A stretch of DNA of 64,000 bases from Neocallimastix sp. 'constans' (Eukaryota): NCBI GenBank assembly GCA_050613775.1, contig JBODTK010000109.1, positions 1 through 64,000 of the forward strand, given 5' to 3'. Positions 20,539 to 32,900 of this stretch are shown piece by piece. A program made the position numbers and the translations under genes. Under the pieces are notes generated by a model that had not been told where the DNA came from, ran no database searches, and saw only the letters and a list, made by a program, of their open reading frames with translations. Every line of letters starts with the position of its first letter. Positions within the stretch are counted from its first letter, which is position 1.

Positions 20539-22516
20539 GAAATTTTATTTTTTATTATTAATTTTTTAACTTTTACTTTATTATTATCTATTTTTTTAGT
20601 TAATTTTAATTTTTCAATATTTCTAAAATGAAATTTCAATTTCAAAATTTCAAAATTCAAAAATTCAAAAATTCAAAAAATATAGCTATATTACACTCTT
20701 AACAATCAATTTATAATTCAACATAATCAAAATTTTATAAATTATTATAATTTTCATTTTTTTAAAATTTAATGCAACAAATTAAGAAGTTAATTGAAAT
20801 TAAATTTCAATTTCAAAAATTCTAAATCAAATTCATTCAAAAATGGTACCATTATATTCACAACTATCAATTTCATTAACTAAATTTTAATTTTACTAAA
20901 TTTTAGAAATTTCAAAATTTCAATGAAATGGTCACTTGAAATGGGGGTTCCTATAAAAATTTAAAAGGACTCAAGCGACCTTCTTCCTTTGAAATTAAAA
21001 AATTTTTAATTTATGAAATTTCAAAAAAATTTTTAATAAAAATTTAGACCTCCGTATCGTTACACAAAAATCGTCTTGAATCCGATTTTTATGGGAGGGC
21101 GTTGTTGAAATTATAACTGAATTGAAATCTCAATTTCAGTAATTTACATTTCAATAATTAAAAATATTATTTATTTAATTATAAATAATATATATAAATA
21201 ATATATATATTTAAATAATTAATAATTAATATAAATTCTTGTTTAATATTTAAAGGGTTATCTTAGGCCTAATAATCCTGAGAATATTAATAAATAAGGT
21301 TTATATTAATAATTAATTTCAATGATACATTTGACGTCACGTGTATTTTATTTATATTATGTTTTTATATATGTTTACAACATATCTATATTAAATTCAA
21401 TTATTCAAATTAATTATATAATTAAATTTATCCTTATATTTTATTATTATTTATATTACTATATTATTACTATCTTATAATTAAATATTATTATTATGTA
21501 ACTTACAAAGTATAAAAGAAAGATGTAAAAATCTATCTTTTATGTTCTTTGTAAGGTTATTGTAAAATTACCTTAATAGTAATATATTATAGATATTTTA
21601 TTATTAAATAAAATCAATAAATTTAAAATCAAATTAATTTGATAATTCTAATTATCAAAGTTTATTATAAATAAATTTTTATTAAACTAAACATTTAAAT
21701 ATTTATTATTATTATTATATATCTATATAGTATATTACTATATAGACATATCGACTTAGTGAATATTTTTATTAAAACATATTATTTTATTTAAATTTAA
21801 ATTATAAATTATATCAAAATCTTAACAAGTATGTCAAGGATTTGATACAAATTAATTTATATTTAATACTACAAAAATAACAATTTAATTATAAATATAA
21901 TTTGTACTCCTTAAATCCTTGTACCGTTCATAACCAAATTAATATTGTATTACATATTAATTAATATTATCCCTTTTATACATTATTGAACCCCTAATAT
22001 ATTAATTGATTAATATTGTATTACATATTAATTAACATTATCCCTTTTTATATTAATTAATATAGTTGAATATTATTTATAAAAATTGTTTTTTATTAAT
22101 TATATAATTTTATATATTTTTATTATCTTATATTATATATGTATTATTCTATTACTTTATATATTAAAATTATATTTTATATTGTTATCTTTAAATTAGT
22201 ATTTATTAAAATATATTATTAAATATTTTATATTGTTTTTCAAAATATAAAAGAACTAAAAAATATTCTTTTTTAAATCTTTGTAAGATTATTATTTACA
22301 AATAATCTGATAACTTTATAATAAAACATATTAAATAAAAATATAGTTAATTAAAAGTTTAATAATAAAATAATATTTTATATTTGAATAAATCAATTTA
22401 TAAAAATAAAATAATATCAAAAGGTTATTAGATTAAAGGCTTCCAACCAAGTTTACCCTTTAATCTAAGTACCAACTTAACAATAATCTTACCGCTATTT
22501 TAGAAACTTCCTTGGA

Positions 22517-23740
22517 ATGCCTAAAATTGGCCTAAGACGCTCGGGAATGTATTCAGCTAGATCGGATGAAGAAATGGATATGAATAAAGAAGACTCAGTA
22601 CAACAATTGCGATCCGAAGCCACCCAAGCTTGTACCACCTTAGCAGAAGGTGTTCAACAGTTAAGAAATGATACCTCACAAGCTTGTAATAGTATAGTTT
22701 CTGGGGTGAATGAAAACTTCGTTTCCAAAGAAGACTTACAAAATTACCATCAAGAGGTAATGAAACAATTCGGAGCTTATGATAAAATGAATAATGAAAT
22801 ATTGGCCTCTTTAGAATCTTTGAAGAAGGCTACCCTCTATTTTAAGCATGAATTATGTAATAAAACTCAAGTAGAAAATACTTCTTCTGGTGCTACCTCG
22901 TCGATACCGTTGACATCTGGAAATCCTACGGTAAACCTCCATTCTGTTTTCGATGATAATATCTCAACTACTACAAGATATGACAATGATCATGATGTTA
23001 TCATGCAATCTGCTTACCCTATTAATATTCCTCAAGTTCCCGATCCAGGTTTGTTTTCAGGTGATATTTCTGAAACCGAACTTTTCTGTCAACTGTGTGG
23101 GGACACATTTAAAACCTATCCATGTAAGTCTTGGCCTGAAGATTCGAAAATCAACTTTGTGCAATCAAGATTAAGAGAAGCTGCTAGAAGTTGGTACCAA
23201 ACAAAATATTCCAGTAGTCCTCCTGCTTCACTAGAGGCTCTTCTTAATGAATTAAAAGAAGCTTTTCCTGATGTTGTCAGCAAAAAGTTAAAGAAAATTA
23301 ATTTAATAAATCTTAAACATTCTCATGGTAATATTAAGGACTATATCGATTCTTTCCGTAAACTAACAGCTGATCTTGGTTGGCCTGAAGAACCATTAGT
23401 ATTATTTTTCTATAATGGTCTTCATCCAAAATTTAAAGAAGAAATTAATAAAATGGAGAAGTTTCCAGAGAAAATAGAAGAAATTACAACAAAGTGCATA
23501 TTGTTTGAATCTTCTCAAGAAACTAAATTAAAGATAAATCAATTAACCAGCAATAAAAATTATAAGAGAAAGAACTCTCATTCTTATCCCAATAGTGAAA
23601 ACAAGAATAAGAAGAATAACAATTATTACAATCATAGTAAAAATAATAACTTCCATAATAATAAATCTAAGGTTAATTCCAGTTACAACAACCGAGAAAA
23701 TTATGTTACCGAAGTCCAAAAAATTAACTCAAAAAACTAG
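22517..23740 (+). CDS. gag: E4 Gag (retrotransposon capsid)
   Basis: AARSWY and FYNGLHPKFK motifs; homologous to E3 gag. Confidence 0.9.
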   Translation: MPKIGLRRSGMYSARSDEEMDMNKEDSVQQLRSEATQACTTLAEGVQQLRNDTSQACNSIVSGVNENFVSKEDLQNYHQEVMKQFGAYDKMNNEILASLESLKKATLYFKHELCNKTQVENTSSGATSSIPLTSGNPTVNLHSVFDDNISTTTRYDNDHDVIMQSAYPINIPQVPDPGLFSGDISETELFCQLCGDTFKTYPCKSWPEDSKINFVQSRLREAARSWYQTKYSSSPPASLEALLNELKEAFPDVVSKKLKKINLINLKHSHGNIKDYIDSFRKLTADLGWPEEPLVLFFYNGLHPKFKEEINKMEKFPEKIEEITTKCILFESSQETKLKINQLTSNKNYKRKNSHSYPNSENKNKKNNNYYNHSKNNNFHNNKSKVNSSYNNRENYVTEVQKINSKN

Positions 23741-26700
23741 ATAATGGACTTCCCAAGAAGTCCTCTCCGATTAAAACTATTCAATATAATTATCCAACTT
23801 TAAACCCTCCTCTTCCTAATTCTTTCTTTTTGTTTAAATCATTTATCCCAACAATAAACAAAAGGAACAAAAACATTAAATTACAAACCAAATCAATGTT
23901 AGATTGTGGTTCTTACTGCAATTTTATTTCTACCAATTTAATCTCTCGGTTAAATCTTGTACCTCAAAAACTTAATAATAAAATATATATAAAAGGTATT
24001 AGTGGTGATACAGATTCCATTAATGAATTTGTGTCTTTAAATTTTCAACTAAAAATCAAAATTAACAATACGTTTCATTTAATCAAATTTAAAGAAAAAT
24101 TCCTTGTGTCAAAACATATTCCAGTGGATTTACTCCTTGGAAATCAATTTATGAAAAACTATAAAATACATTTTAGTTATGATAATCATTATCTTTACTC
24201 TACTTTTAAAATCTCAAAATTTAAATCAAGAATTATAAAGAATTTTAAACAAAATGCGAATTCAATTAATTTTTATGAAGGAGTACCCTATAATTACAAC
24301 TTTTTAATCTATTCTTTTCTTTCAAATAAGGTATCAGAGGATTCTGAAGAACCTGATATTGAGCGTATTCCTGAACAGTATAAAGACCTTGCAATAGTCT
24401 TCAGTAAAAAGGAAGCAGATAAGCTTCCTCCCCATCGTTTAACGGACTGTGAGATCAATCTTCAACCAGGTGCTACTTTACATTATGGACCAATCTACCC
24501 GCTTACATTGGAAGAATCAGAAGTTTTAAAAGATTACATAAAGGAAAACGAAAAGAAAGGATTTATTAGAGAATCTCACTCCCCAGCCGGCTATCCTGTT
24601 CTCTTTCAAAAAAAGAGTGATGGTTCTCTCCGACTCTGCGTTGACTACAAACGTTTAAATGCGGTTACTATTAGAAATTCCTATCCTTTACCGCTCATCA
24701 ACGACATTATTGAACGAGTCAAAGGAGCCAAGTACTTTACTAAATTGGACTTGCGCTCCGCATATAATTTAATTCGTATAAAGGAAGGCGATGAATATAA
24801 AACAGCTTTCCGTACTAAGTATGGACATTACGAATATTTAGTAATGCCATTTGGTCTTAAAAATGCACCTGCAATCTTCCAATCTTTTATTAACTCTGTC
24901 CTTCGTCCATTCTTAGAGAAATCGGTAATACTCTACCTAGATGACATTCTAATTTATTCTAATTCATTAGATGATCATCATCAAACTGTACGTGAGGTTC
25001 TCAAAAAGCTTATTGACAATAATTTATATGCTAAACTTTCGAAATGTGAATTCGATAAAGAGGAAGTCGAATTCCTTGGACATATCATTTCTGGTTCTGG
25101 TGTGTCCACTGATCCAAAGAAGATCAAATCAATCAAAGAATGGCCCATTCCAAAAAACGTAAAAGAGGTTCAAAGGTTTCTTGGTCTTTGCAATTACTAT
25201 AGAAGATTCGTAAGGAATTTTGCTGCTATTGCTAAACCTTTGCATGCTTTAACCAAGAAAGGAAGGAAGTTTGTTTGGTCTAAAGATTGTGATACCTCCT
25301 TCTCAATTCTCAAAAAACGTTTAACTTCTTCCCCTCTCCTCATGCATCCTGACTTAACAAAACCTTTTATTGTTGAGTGCGATGCTAGTAACTTTGCTAT
25401 TGGAGCAGTTCTTTCCCAGTATGATAATGATAATAAGCTTCATCCTATTGCTTATTTTTCTCGTAGTCTTAACAATGCCGAAATAAACTATTCGATTACC
25501 GATAAGGAACTTTTATCAATTAAAGAAGCTTTCTCATCATGGCGTCACCTTTTGTTAGGTGCTAAATTCAAAATTAAAGTTTTTACTGACCATAGAAATC
25601 TTCTATATACCCTTGGAGGGAAGATAGGTAATCAACGTCAACATCGTTGGCATCTATTCTTCCAAGAATACGACTTTGAACTTATCTATCGCCAAGGTAA
25701 AAAGAATGGCAAACCCGATTCGTTATCCAGAAGACCAGACTACCAAAAGGAAGATATAGAGGATAAACCTGAGTTTATCTTAGACAGTAAGAATATTGGT
25801 AAAATCCCATGTTTAATTAGTATAACTAACGATCTTCTCAATAATATTAAAATAAACTTAAAGAATGATAAGGTTGCTGAGGATCTTCGTATATATTTTC
25901 TGAAAATAATGTCTCTCAAGGTTTCCCTTATAAACCATTTCGCAAAATGAATAAGTTTAAATTAGAAAATGATTTAATATTATACAACAATCTTATTTAC
26001 ATACCAGATCAACTTCGTTTAGATATTTTAACTCGTTATCATGAGAAACCTGCTGCGGGTCATTTTGGTGTCAAAAGAACTTTGGAGTTGATCTCAAGAA
26101 ACTTTTGGTGGCCCAAGATGGAAGATGATGTTAAGAATTTTGTAAAGTCGTGTGAAACATGTATGAGAAACAAAAAATCTAGGCACCGAAAATTTGGGTT
26201 ACTTCAACCGCTTGACGTTCCAGAAAGACCTTGGAAATCAATCGAAATTGATTTCTTATGTGGTCTTCCACCATCCAAAGGTAATGCGGTGATTATGGTT
26301 GTAGTTGATAGATTTTCAAAAATGATACACCTTATTCCCTTCAAAGATATTCCAAATTCCGTACAAACAGCCAAAGCTTTTATCAATAATATCTATAAGC
26401 TCCATGGTCTACCCTATGATATTATTACGGATAGAGGTTCACAGTTTACGAGTGAACTTTGGCAAGAATTTCTATTCTTATTAAATATTAAATCGAAAAT
26501 AGCTACTACTGACCACCATGAAACCGTAGGTCAAGTTGAACGATGCAATTCTTTCATCGAACAATACCTTCGCTGTTTCTCAAGATCTTTCTATCATGAT
26601 GATTGGGTTGATTTTCTTCCACTTGCTGAATTTGCTTATAACAACTCAATTCACCCTTCCACTAACGAAACTCCCTTTTTTATCAACTATGGATTTCATC

Positions 26701-27305
26701 CTTACATGGATGAATATACACTACTCCCTACTTGTAACATTAATCATAAAATGGTTCAAAAAGTTTATGAAAGTTTTAATCATGTTAAAGAAGTTCTTCT
26801 CCGATCCCAAGAGCTATATAAACGTTCTGCTGATAGAAAAAGAATTACCGCTCCTTCTTACAACATTGACGATTTGGTGTGGATTCAAGCTCCCCCTTCG
26901 TTAAATATAGAATCAAGCTCAAAACTAGCTCCATGCAAATTTGGTCCATACAAAGTAACCAATGTTTTACATAATAATAATTATGAAATTGAACTTAAAA
27001 ATTCACCCTTTCCTAAGCATCATAATGTTTTCCACGTCTCTGAACTCGAACCATTCACACCAGTGCCTGAAAAGTTTAGAAAACGATATAAAGATCCTGA
27101 GTCTATTAAGGATATTATTGAAATTGCGGGTTTTAGAACTAACTATAAGAAGAAACAATACGAATATAAAATCCGTTATAAATATCGTTCCTCCTATAAT
27201 TGGGTATCTTCTTCTGAAGTTGAAGATAATCCAAGAAACCAAAATATTTTTATTAAATACATTAATAATAATAGGAAACCAGTCTCGATCTCATATAGTA
27301 ATTAA
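23731..27305 (+). CDS. pol: E4 Pol with a 1-bp frameshift at the T run 25896-25899 (between RNase H and integrase)
   Basis: ORFs 23830-25950 and 25947-27305 join and align with E3 (RIYFSENNVSQGFPYKPFRKM) if one T is added; mutation or homopolymer error. Confidence 0.88.
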
Positions 27306-28162
27306 AAAAAAAAAAAAATTTTTTCTTTAAAAATATATATTCAACACAATTTATTTCTCCAACTAATTTGAAATTCACATGGCCAATTGAACATTTATGT
27401 TCAAGTGAATTTCAAATACTTCTTGAGTACTCTTTTGAATAAACTAATATCAAAAATATTAGTATTCTTGAATTCGCCTGGAATGCGAATTCTTGGAGAG
27501 AGCGTTGTCAAGGATTTGATACAAATTAATTTATATTTAATACTACAAAAATAACAATTTAATTATAAATATAATTTGTACTCCTTAAATCCTTGTACCG
27601 TTCATAACCAAATTAATATTGTATTACATATTAATTAATATTATCCCTTTTATACATTATTGAACCCCTAATATATTAATTGATTAATATTGTATTACAT
27701 ATTAATTAACATTATCCCTTTTTATATTAATTAATATAGTTGAATATTATTTATAAAAATTGTTTTTTATTAATTATATTATTTTATATATTTTTATTAT
27801 CTTATATTATATATGTATTATTCTATTACTTTATATATTAAAATTATATTTTATATTGTTATCTTTAAATTAGTATTTATTAAAATATATTATTAAATAT
27901 TTTATATTGTTTTTCAAAATATAAAAGAACTAAAAAATATTCTTTTTTAAATCTTTGTAAGATTATTATTTACAAATAATCTGATAACTTTATAATAAAA
28001 CATATTAAATAAAAATATAGTTAATTAAAAGTTTAATAATAAAATAATATTTTATATTTGAATAAATCAATTTATAAAAATAAAATAATATCAAAAGGTT
28101 ATTAGATTAAAGGCTTCCAACCAAGTTTACCCTTTAATCTAAGTACCAACTTAACAAAGTAA

Positions 28163-28312
28163 GTTGAAATTCTAATTAATAATCCATTATATGTTCGTTC
28201 TTTACCAGTATTTAGAACTCCGTGAGATCGGGTCAATGGTTAACGCGTATACCCTGAGGTCAATAGACCGGAGTTCAATTCCACCTTACCACCCATTATA
28301 ATCCATTTGACA
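28163..28312 (-). repeat. Putative LTR X, second part
   Basis: On minus strand begins TGTCAAATGG, preceded by PPT-like TTTAGGGTTAGGC. Confidence 0.45.
28222..28295 (+). ncRNA. Second tRNA-derived Pol III-like module
   Basis: A-box-like CGGGTCAATGG at 28229, B-box-like GAGTTCAATTCC at 28271, same spacing as 7789-7865; alignable to it (ttagaactc..caatggtta..caata..cacctta..acccatt). Confidence 0.6.
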
Positions 28313-29014
28313 GCCTAACCCTAAATCGAACAAGTCATCGTCTACACTATGATCGTGCTTCTCAGTTGTACGTATACATTGCCTGAAGCGGGATGATTCC
28401 TGCGTATTGTAAATCCTCATTAGTTAATATATTCACGTGTTCATCACGTGTTGGGATTTCCTAATTTGGAGAAAGGTGATGTAGTAAATAAATAATAATG
28501 TTATAGTGTATGTGGTTGTGGCCTGCCGTATCCATCATCTCCAAATCTTGTGGTTCTGTAATCTGTGACTTAGAGCGTCGATGCCGAAATGGTATGGCAT
28601 GGGAGCATTTTGTTGTATCCTGATACACCCGCTATAAAGTTTGTCTGATATTAGTTGTCTGTTGTGGCTGGGATGATATGATCAAGACTTACAAGGGATA
28701 GTCTAAAAAAAAAAAAAAAAAATTTATGTATTTAGTAATTTTCATTCACCAAGAATTAATATTCTCATATAAATAAAGTTGGATGTTTACTTGCCAATGT
28801 CTATTACTACACTTTAAAGTCGCTAGTTGTAAAGAGTACTTGATCTATGAAAGGATTGGTGTAATTGTTCTTTCCTCTTCCCTTCTCTTTCTCGATGATA
28901 GTTCAAGAAATCATTGAAAAAAAGACCATCGAATAAAGCGGTGTATAGGGAATGTCGTTTATATTTACATTGCTTAAAGAGAGGTCCCCGTTGACGGGGA
29001 AACGGAATGGTAAA
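28313..29014 (-). mobile_element. Non-coding internal remnant of putative element X (continues 33214-~33300 after the Copia)
   Basis: GC-richer, no long ORF, adjoins the PPT-like motif; interrupted by the Copia TSD. Confidence 0.35.
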
Positions 29015-29334
29015 TGAGAAAAATATGTGTGTTTTTTATAATAAACTTTATTTATTTTTTGTATTTATTTAATACATAAATTTTATTAATGTAAAGAACT
29101 CATTTTTTTAAGATAATAAAAATAATTATTTTTTATAGTAAAAATTACATATTTAATCATGTGATAATTCTATGAATTAATACACATAGATAAATGTTAC
29201 ACAACATAAAAATATAAGAATAAAATATTAATATAAGATAAAAATATAATATTGATAATAATATAAGAATATAAAAATATAATTTTAATAATATAAAAAT
29301 ATAAAATAAAATGTGATTATTTTAACATTCCCCC

Positions 29335-30930
29335 CTAAACAAGATTTTTCTTGAAAATTTTGTTTGCGAAGAATAACATTTTATTTCCGTTGACATCTTT
29401 TGTGAGTACATCAGCAAGATTGTCTTCTGATTTAATATGTTGTAAAATAACATTGTTATTTTCAACATGTTCCTTGAAGAAATGGTAACTTACACGTATG
29501 TGTCTTAGTCTTTTTCCAATAGCGAAATTTTCGGCGGAATATAGACTGGCTTTATTGTCACCATAGAGATTTATTTTAAATTTTTTATTGAATAGTTCTT
29601 CAAGAATATTTTTTAACCATAAACCATTTGCGACGGCTTCCGATAATGCAACATATTCTGCTTCGGCAGTGGATCTTGAGACACATTGTTGTTGTCTTGA
29701 CATCCATAAGACTGGTCCTGAAGCTAGGAAGTAGATATTTCCAGATGTAGATTTACTATTGGTTAAATCTCCAGCGAAGTCGGAGTCAGTATAGCCATTA
29801 AGATTTCCATCTCTTTTGTATTGTAGGTAATAGTCTTTGGTTTGGTTAATATATTTAAATATTTGTAGTACCTTTTTCCAATCAGTCATATTTGGATTTT
29901 TATTTTTTCTTGATGCTTTGTTTACTGCACAAGCAATATCAGGTCTTGTGCATTTTGCTAGATGTATGAGAGAGCCTACAGCGCTTTGATAGATACTATT
30001 ATCGAATGGTTCGTTGTTAATTTCTTTAATGTTTTCACCTACACAAGGAGTAGAGGATTTTTGATTTTCATTTATTTTGAATCTTTTTAAGATATCGTTA
30101 ATATATTTCTTTTGTGAAATATTATATCCATATTCAGTAGGTTCAACAGTTATTCCAAGTATATGATTTACTGGACTACATTTTGATATTTTAAATTTAT
30201 TTTTAATTAGCTCAACAGTGGAGTTTATTTCATTATCTAAGCCTGTAATAAGCATATCATCTACATATAATGCAACAATGCAAGTAGTTTCTTTTTGGGA
30301 ATTTGATTTTGAAAATAAGCATTGTTCACTTTTAAGTTGAGTAAAACCTATACTCTTCAGGAAATTAGAGATTGTTATGTTCCACATTCTTCCTGCTTGT
30401 TTCAGTCCATATAAGGCTTTGTTTAATTTCCAAAAACTATTTTTATAGTTTGGATCTCCTTCTGGAATTGTCATATAGATTTCTTCATTCAGAGGAGCAT
30501 TTAGGTATGCGGCTTTGATGTCTAATTGTTGTATTTTCCATTTATGTAATGAAGCTATTGCGATGACTAAGCGCATGCTTTCAACAGATAACGTGGGAGA
30601 GTATGTTTTGTCATAATCAATACCTTCAATTTGTTTAAATCCTTTGATTACTAGTCTAGCCTTGTATTTTTCAAGTTCTCCTTTATCGTTATATTTTTTT
30701 GTGAATACCCATTTGTATTCAATAGGTTTTCTTCCTTCAGGTAGCTTCTTTACTAAGGACATGGTTTTGTTGTTGTAGAGATTTTCAAGTTCGCTTGATA
30801 TTGCTTCTATCCATTTATCCTTTTCATTACTAGTTACTGCTTCTAGGAATGTTTGCGGAGTATCTAAATCAATACTATTTATTTGTTTATTTGTATCATT
30901 GCTTGTTTTATTCGTTTCATTTTCAGTATT
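29335..30930 (-). CDS. pol: Copia RT-RNase H region (ORF-track ATG at 30762), out of frame with upstream pol
   Basis: PQTFLEA..WIEAI, YKARLV, QLDIKAAYLNA, LYGLKQ, YVDDM, YTDSDFAG, STAEAEY. Confidence 0.92.
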   Translation of the reverse strand, partial: NTENETNKTSNDTNKQINSIDLDTPQTFLEAVTSNEKDKWIEAISSELENLYNNKTMSLVKKLPEGRKPIEYKWVFTKKYNDKGELEKYKARLVIKGFKQIEGIDYDKTYSPTLSVESMRLVIAIASLHKWKIQQLDIKAAYLNAPLNEEIYMTIPEGDPNYKNSFWKLNKALYGLKQAGRMWNITISNFLKSIGFTQLKSEQCLFSKSNSQKETTCIVALYVDDMLITGLDNEINSTVELIKNKFKISKCSPVNHILGITVEPTEYGYNISQKKYINDILKRFKINENQKSSTPCVGENIKEINNEPFDNSIYQSAVGSLIHLAKCTRPDIACAVNKASRKNKNPNMTDWKKVLQIFKYINQTKDYYLQYKRDGNLNGYTDSDFAGDLTNSKSTSGNIYFLASGPVLWMSRQQQCVSRSTAEAEYVALSEAVANGLWLKNILEELFNKKFKINLYGDNKASLYSAENFAIGKRLRHIRVSYHFFKEHVENNNVILQHIKSEDNLADVLTKDVNGNKMLFFANKIFKKNLV

Positions 30931-30937
30931 AACATTT

Positions 30938-31783
30938 TCATTTGATTTTATGCCATATACTTAAGGAGTATTGGTCTAGATTGCTACTTTGTAAATTGTA
31001 TATTGTTTTATAATTTCCTTGTTTATTATTAACGTAAATATTACAAATTTTGATTGAGTTTTCTTTTTCTATGCATAAAAGTTGACCATTTAGTTTTGCT
31101 AATCTAAAGTATGCATTGTTATCAATAATGATAACATCAGCTAAGTACTGTCTTTTAAGATCGTTGAATGATATTAATGTTTTATTTTCATTGATATCTT
31201 CTGAATATAATACATTTTTTATTATGAAGTAAATATTATTGATGTATCCCGTAAGATCTCCAATTTTTGAAACTTGTACTATTTCTTTTTCCTTTGTTGG
31301 TAGTATCATATTTGTATGATAATCTCTAACATTACATAGATTTTTAAGTGATCCCGTGATATTTGAAGATGCTCCAGAATCTATGGATATTACATATCCA
31401 TTATTATAATCTGGATGACATTTATGATTGTTAATGAATTCATATATACTTTTTCTATTTAAGTCGTTTGTAATTATGTTTGGAATCATAGGTGGAAGTG
31501 GACTATCATGAGGTTTTACTAATTTATTTTTACCAATAAGGTTTAATTCTAGATTATTATTATTTTCCACGTTATTGATTATTATATCACGTGATTCCAT
31601 AATTTTATTTGATATATTTGATTTATGTTCATCATGAATTGATTCATTTGAAATATTATAGTTGATTGGATTTGTTTTAGGTTTGTTATAGTCCCCTAAA
31701 TAATTGATTATTAAATCATTTGATTCATAAGAGTTATTCATTGGTGGTTCAGGAGACATGTCATATGGATTTTCTCCATCTAG
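30938..31783 (-). CDS. pol: Copia protease and start of pre-integrase region, in frame with gag
   Basis: IDSGASSNI protease motif; ends LSIWHK then deletion. Confidence 0.8.
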   Translation of the reverse strand, partial: LDGENPYDMSPEPPMNNSYESNDLIINYLGDYNKPKTNPINYNISNESIHDEHKSNISNKIMESRDIIINNVENNNNLELNLIGKNKLVKPHDSPLPPMIPNIITNDLNRKSIYEFINNHKCHPDYNNGYVISIDSGASSNITGSLKNLCNVRDYHTNMILPTKEKEIVQVSKIGDLTGYINNIYFIIKNVLYSEDINENKTLISFNDLKRQYLADVIIIDNNAYFRLAKLNGQLLCIEKENSIKICNIYVNNKQGNYKTIYNLQSSNLDQYSLSIWHKIK

Positions 31784-32830
31784 TCAGATATTCTTTTCAT
31801 GGGTTACTTGAGATTCATCATAGTCACTGAGGGCATCAATGATTTCTAAGTTGTTGATTGTATCTTTGGCTAGGTTAATGTTGTTGAACTTTCTTGCTAT
31901 TTCTTTAATTTTATTATTAGGATTCCTTGCATTAAAGTAGCAATTTCTTGTGAAATGGTCATGTTTGTCACATATTGAACAGTACTTTTCGTTATTTCTT
32001 TTGGTTTTGTTTCTGTTATTTTTGTTGTTTTTCTGGTTTCTTCTTCTCCGGTTATTATTGTTATAGTTATTATTATAATTATTATTATAATTATTGTTAT
32101 TGTTATTATAATTATTATGATTATTATTCCTAGAATTATTTTGGGAATGATTATGATTCGTATTTTTTATAAAAGAAACTTCTTCCACTGGCTTTGGGTC
32201 TTCCGCATTTAAAGTTCTTTTGGTTATAGTTCTGATTTCATTTGCAATCTCTTGAAGATTGTCTTTATAATTAAATTTGACATAGTTTTTATATTCCCCT
32301 GGGAGTCCCTTCAGGAGTAATTTGAATTTTTCATCTTCGTCTATTGTTTTTCCTAATTCTTTGAGTAGATTACAAAGATGTTCGAATTCTGTAGTAAATT
32401 TGATTACTTCTTTGTCCGTCTTGGCTCTTAGATTTTTTAAACGGTCGTATAAATCTGGAACTTTGTTGATATTTATGATATTATATTCGCTTTCCAGATA
32501 TTTATACATTTCGTAGGCCGATTTTAATCGAAGGCCTATCAAGGTGGCTTTGGTTTCTTTGGAAACCGAGCATAGAATTTGTTGGCGAGCTCTACCGTCC
32601 TTTTCTTTAATTAGAGAAATTGAATTTTCAATATTCTTCTTATCTTCTTTTTTAGATTTGAGTTTATCATATAACTCATTTAATTCTTCGTTGGCGTCGA
32701 ATTGGATGTATTTGTCTATGTGATTTATTTCAAGATTTGTTCTCAATTCGTACGCCCAAATGTCAAAGTTCTCTTCATTTAATATCTCTCTTGGAGTTGA
32801 AGATGAATCTAAATTGTTAGAAGTATTCAT
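31784..32830 (-). CDS. gag: Copia Gag with CCHC knuckle
   Basis: LNEENFDIW, LLKGLP, CSICDKHDHFTRNC. Confidence 0.9.
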   Translation of the reverse strand: MNTSNNLDSSSTPREILNEENFDIWAYELRTNLEINHIDKYIQFDANEELNELYDKLKSKKEDKKNIENSISLIKEKDGRARQQILCSVSKETKATLIGLRLKSAYEMYKYLESEYNIININKVPDLYDRLKNLRAKTDKEVIKFTTEFEHLCNLLKELGKTIDEDEKFKLLLKGLPGEYKNYVKFNYKDNLQEIANEIRTITKRTLNAEDPKPVEEVSFIKNTNHNHSQNNSRNNNHNNYNNNNNNYNNNYNNNYNNNNRRRRNQKNNKNNRNKTKRNNEKYCSICDKHDHFTRNCYFNARNPNNKIKEIARKFNNINLAKDTINNLEIIDALSDYDESQVTHEKNI

Positions 32831-32886
32831 ATTTATAAGAAAGGCGGTTTTAAATAACGGATATGTTTTTATAAATAAGAGCTAAT

Positions 32887-32900
32887 TGAGACTCTTAATC
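32887..32900 (-). promoter_or_regulatory. Copia PBS complementary to the anticodon arm of tRNA-Lys(CUU)
   Basis: GATTAAGAGTCTCA directly after the LTR; its complement TGAGACTCTTAATC is a eukaryotic tRNA-Lys(CTT) anticodon stem-loop sequence. Confidence 0.8.

Larger units (their letters stand above)
14766..21827 (+). mobile_element. Ty3/Gypsy chromovirus-type retrotransposon E3, full length, with two nonsense codons
   Basis: 725-bp LTRs 14766-15490 and 21103-21827 (one difference seen); TSD AGTAA (14761-14765; right copy split by E4, complete at 28158-28162); PPT GGGAGGGCG before the 3' LTR. Confidence 0.95.
21832..28156 (+). mobile_element. Ty3/Gypsy chromovirus-type retrotransposon E4, full length
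   Basis: 651-bp LTRs 21832-22482 and 27506-28156 (one difference seen); TSD AAGTA at 21827-21831 and 28157-28161; PPT GGAGAGAGCG. Confidence 0.95.

Noticed and set aside
25896..25950. Programmed separation of integrase from RT in E4
   Set aside because: E3 is continuous here and one added T in a homopolymer restores the alignment
28222..28722. 500-bp SINE from the tRNA-like head to the A run at ~28705-28722
   Set aside because: No convincing TSD, and an LTR-end/PPT-like boundary at 28312 fits better; not fully excluded
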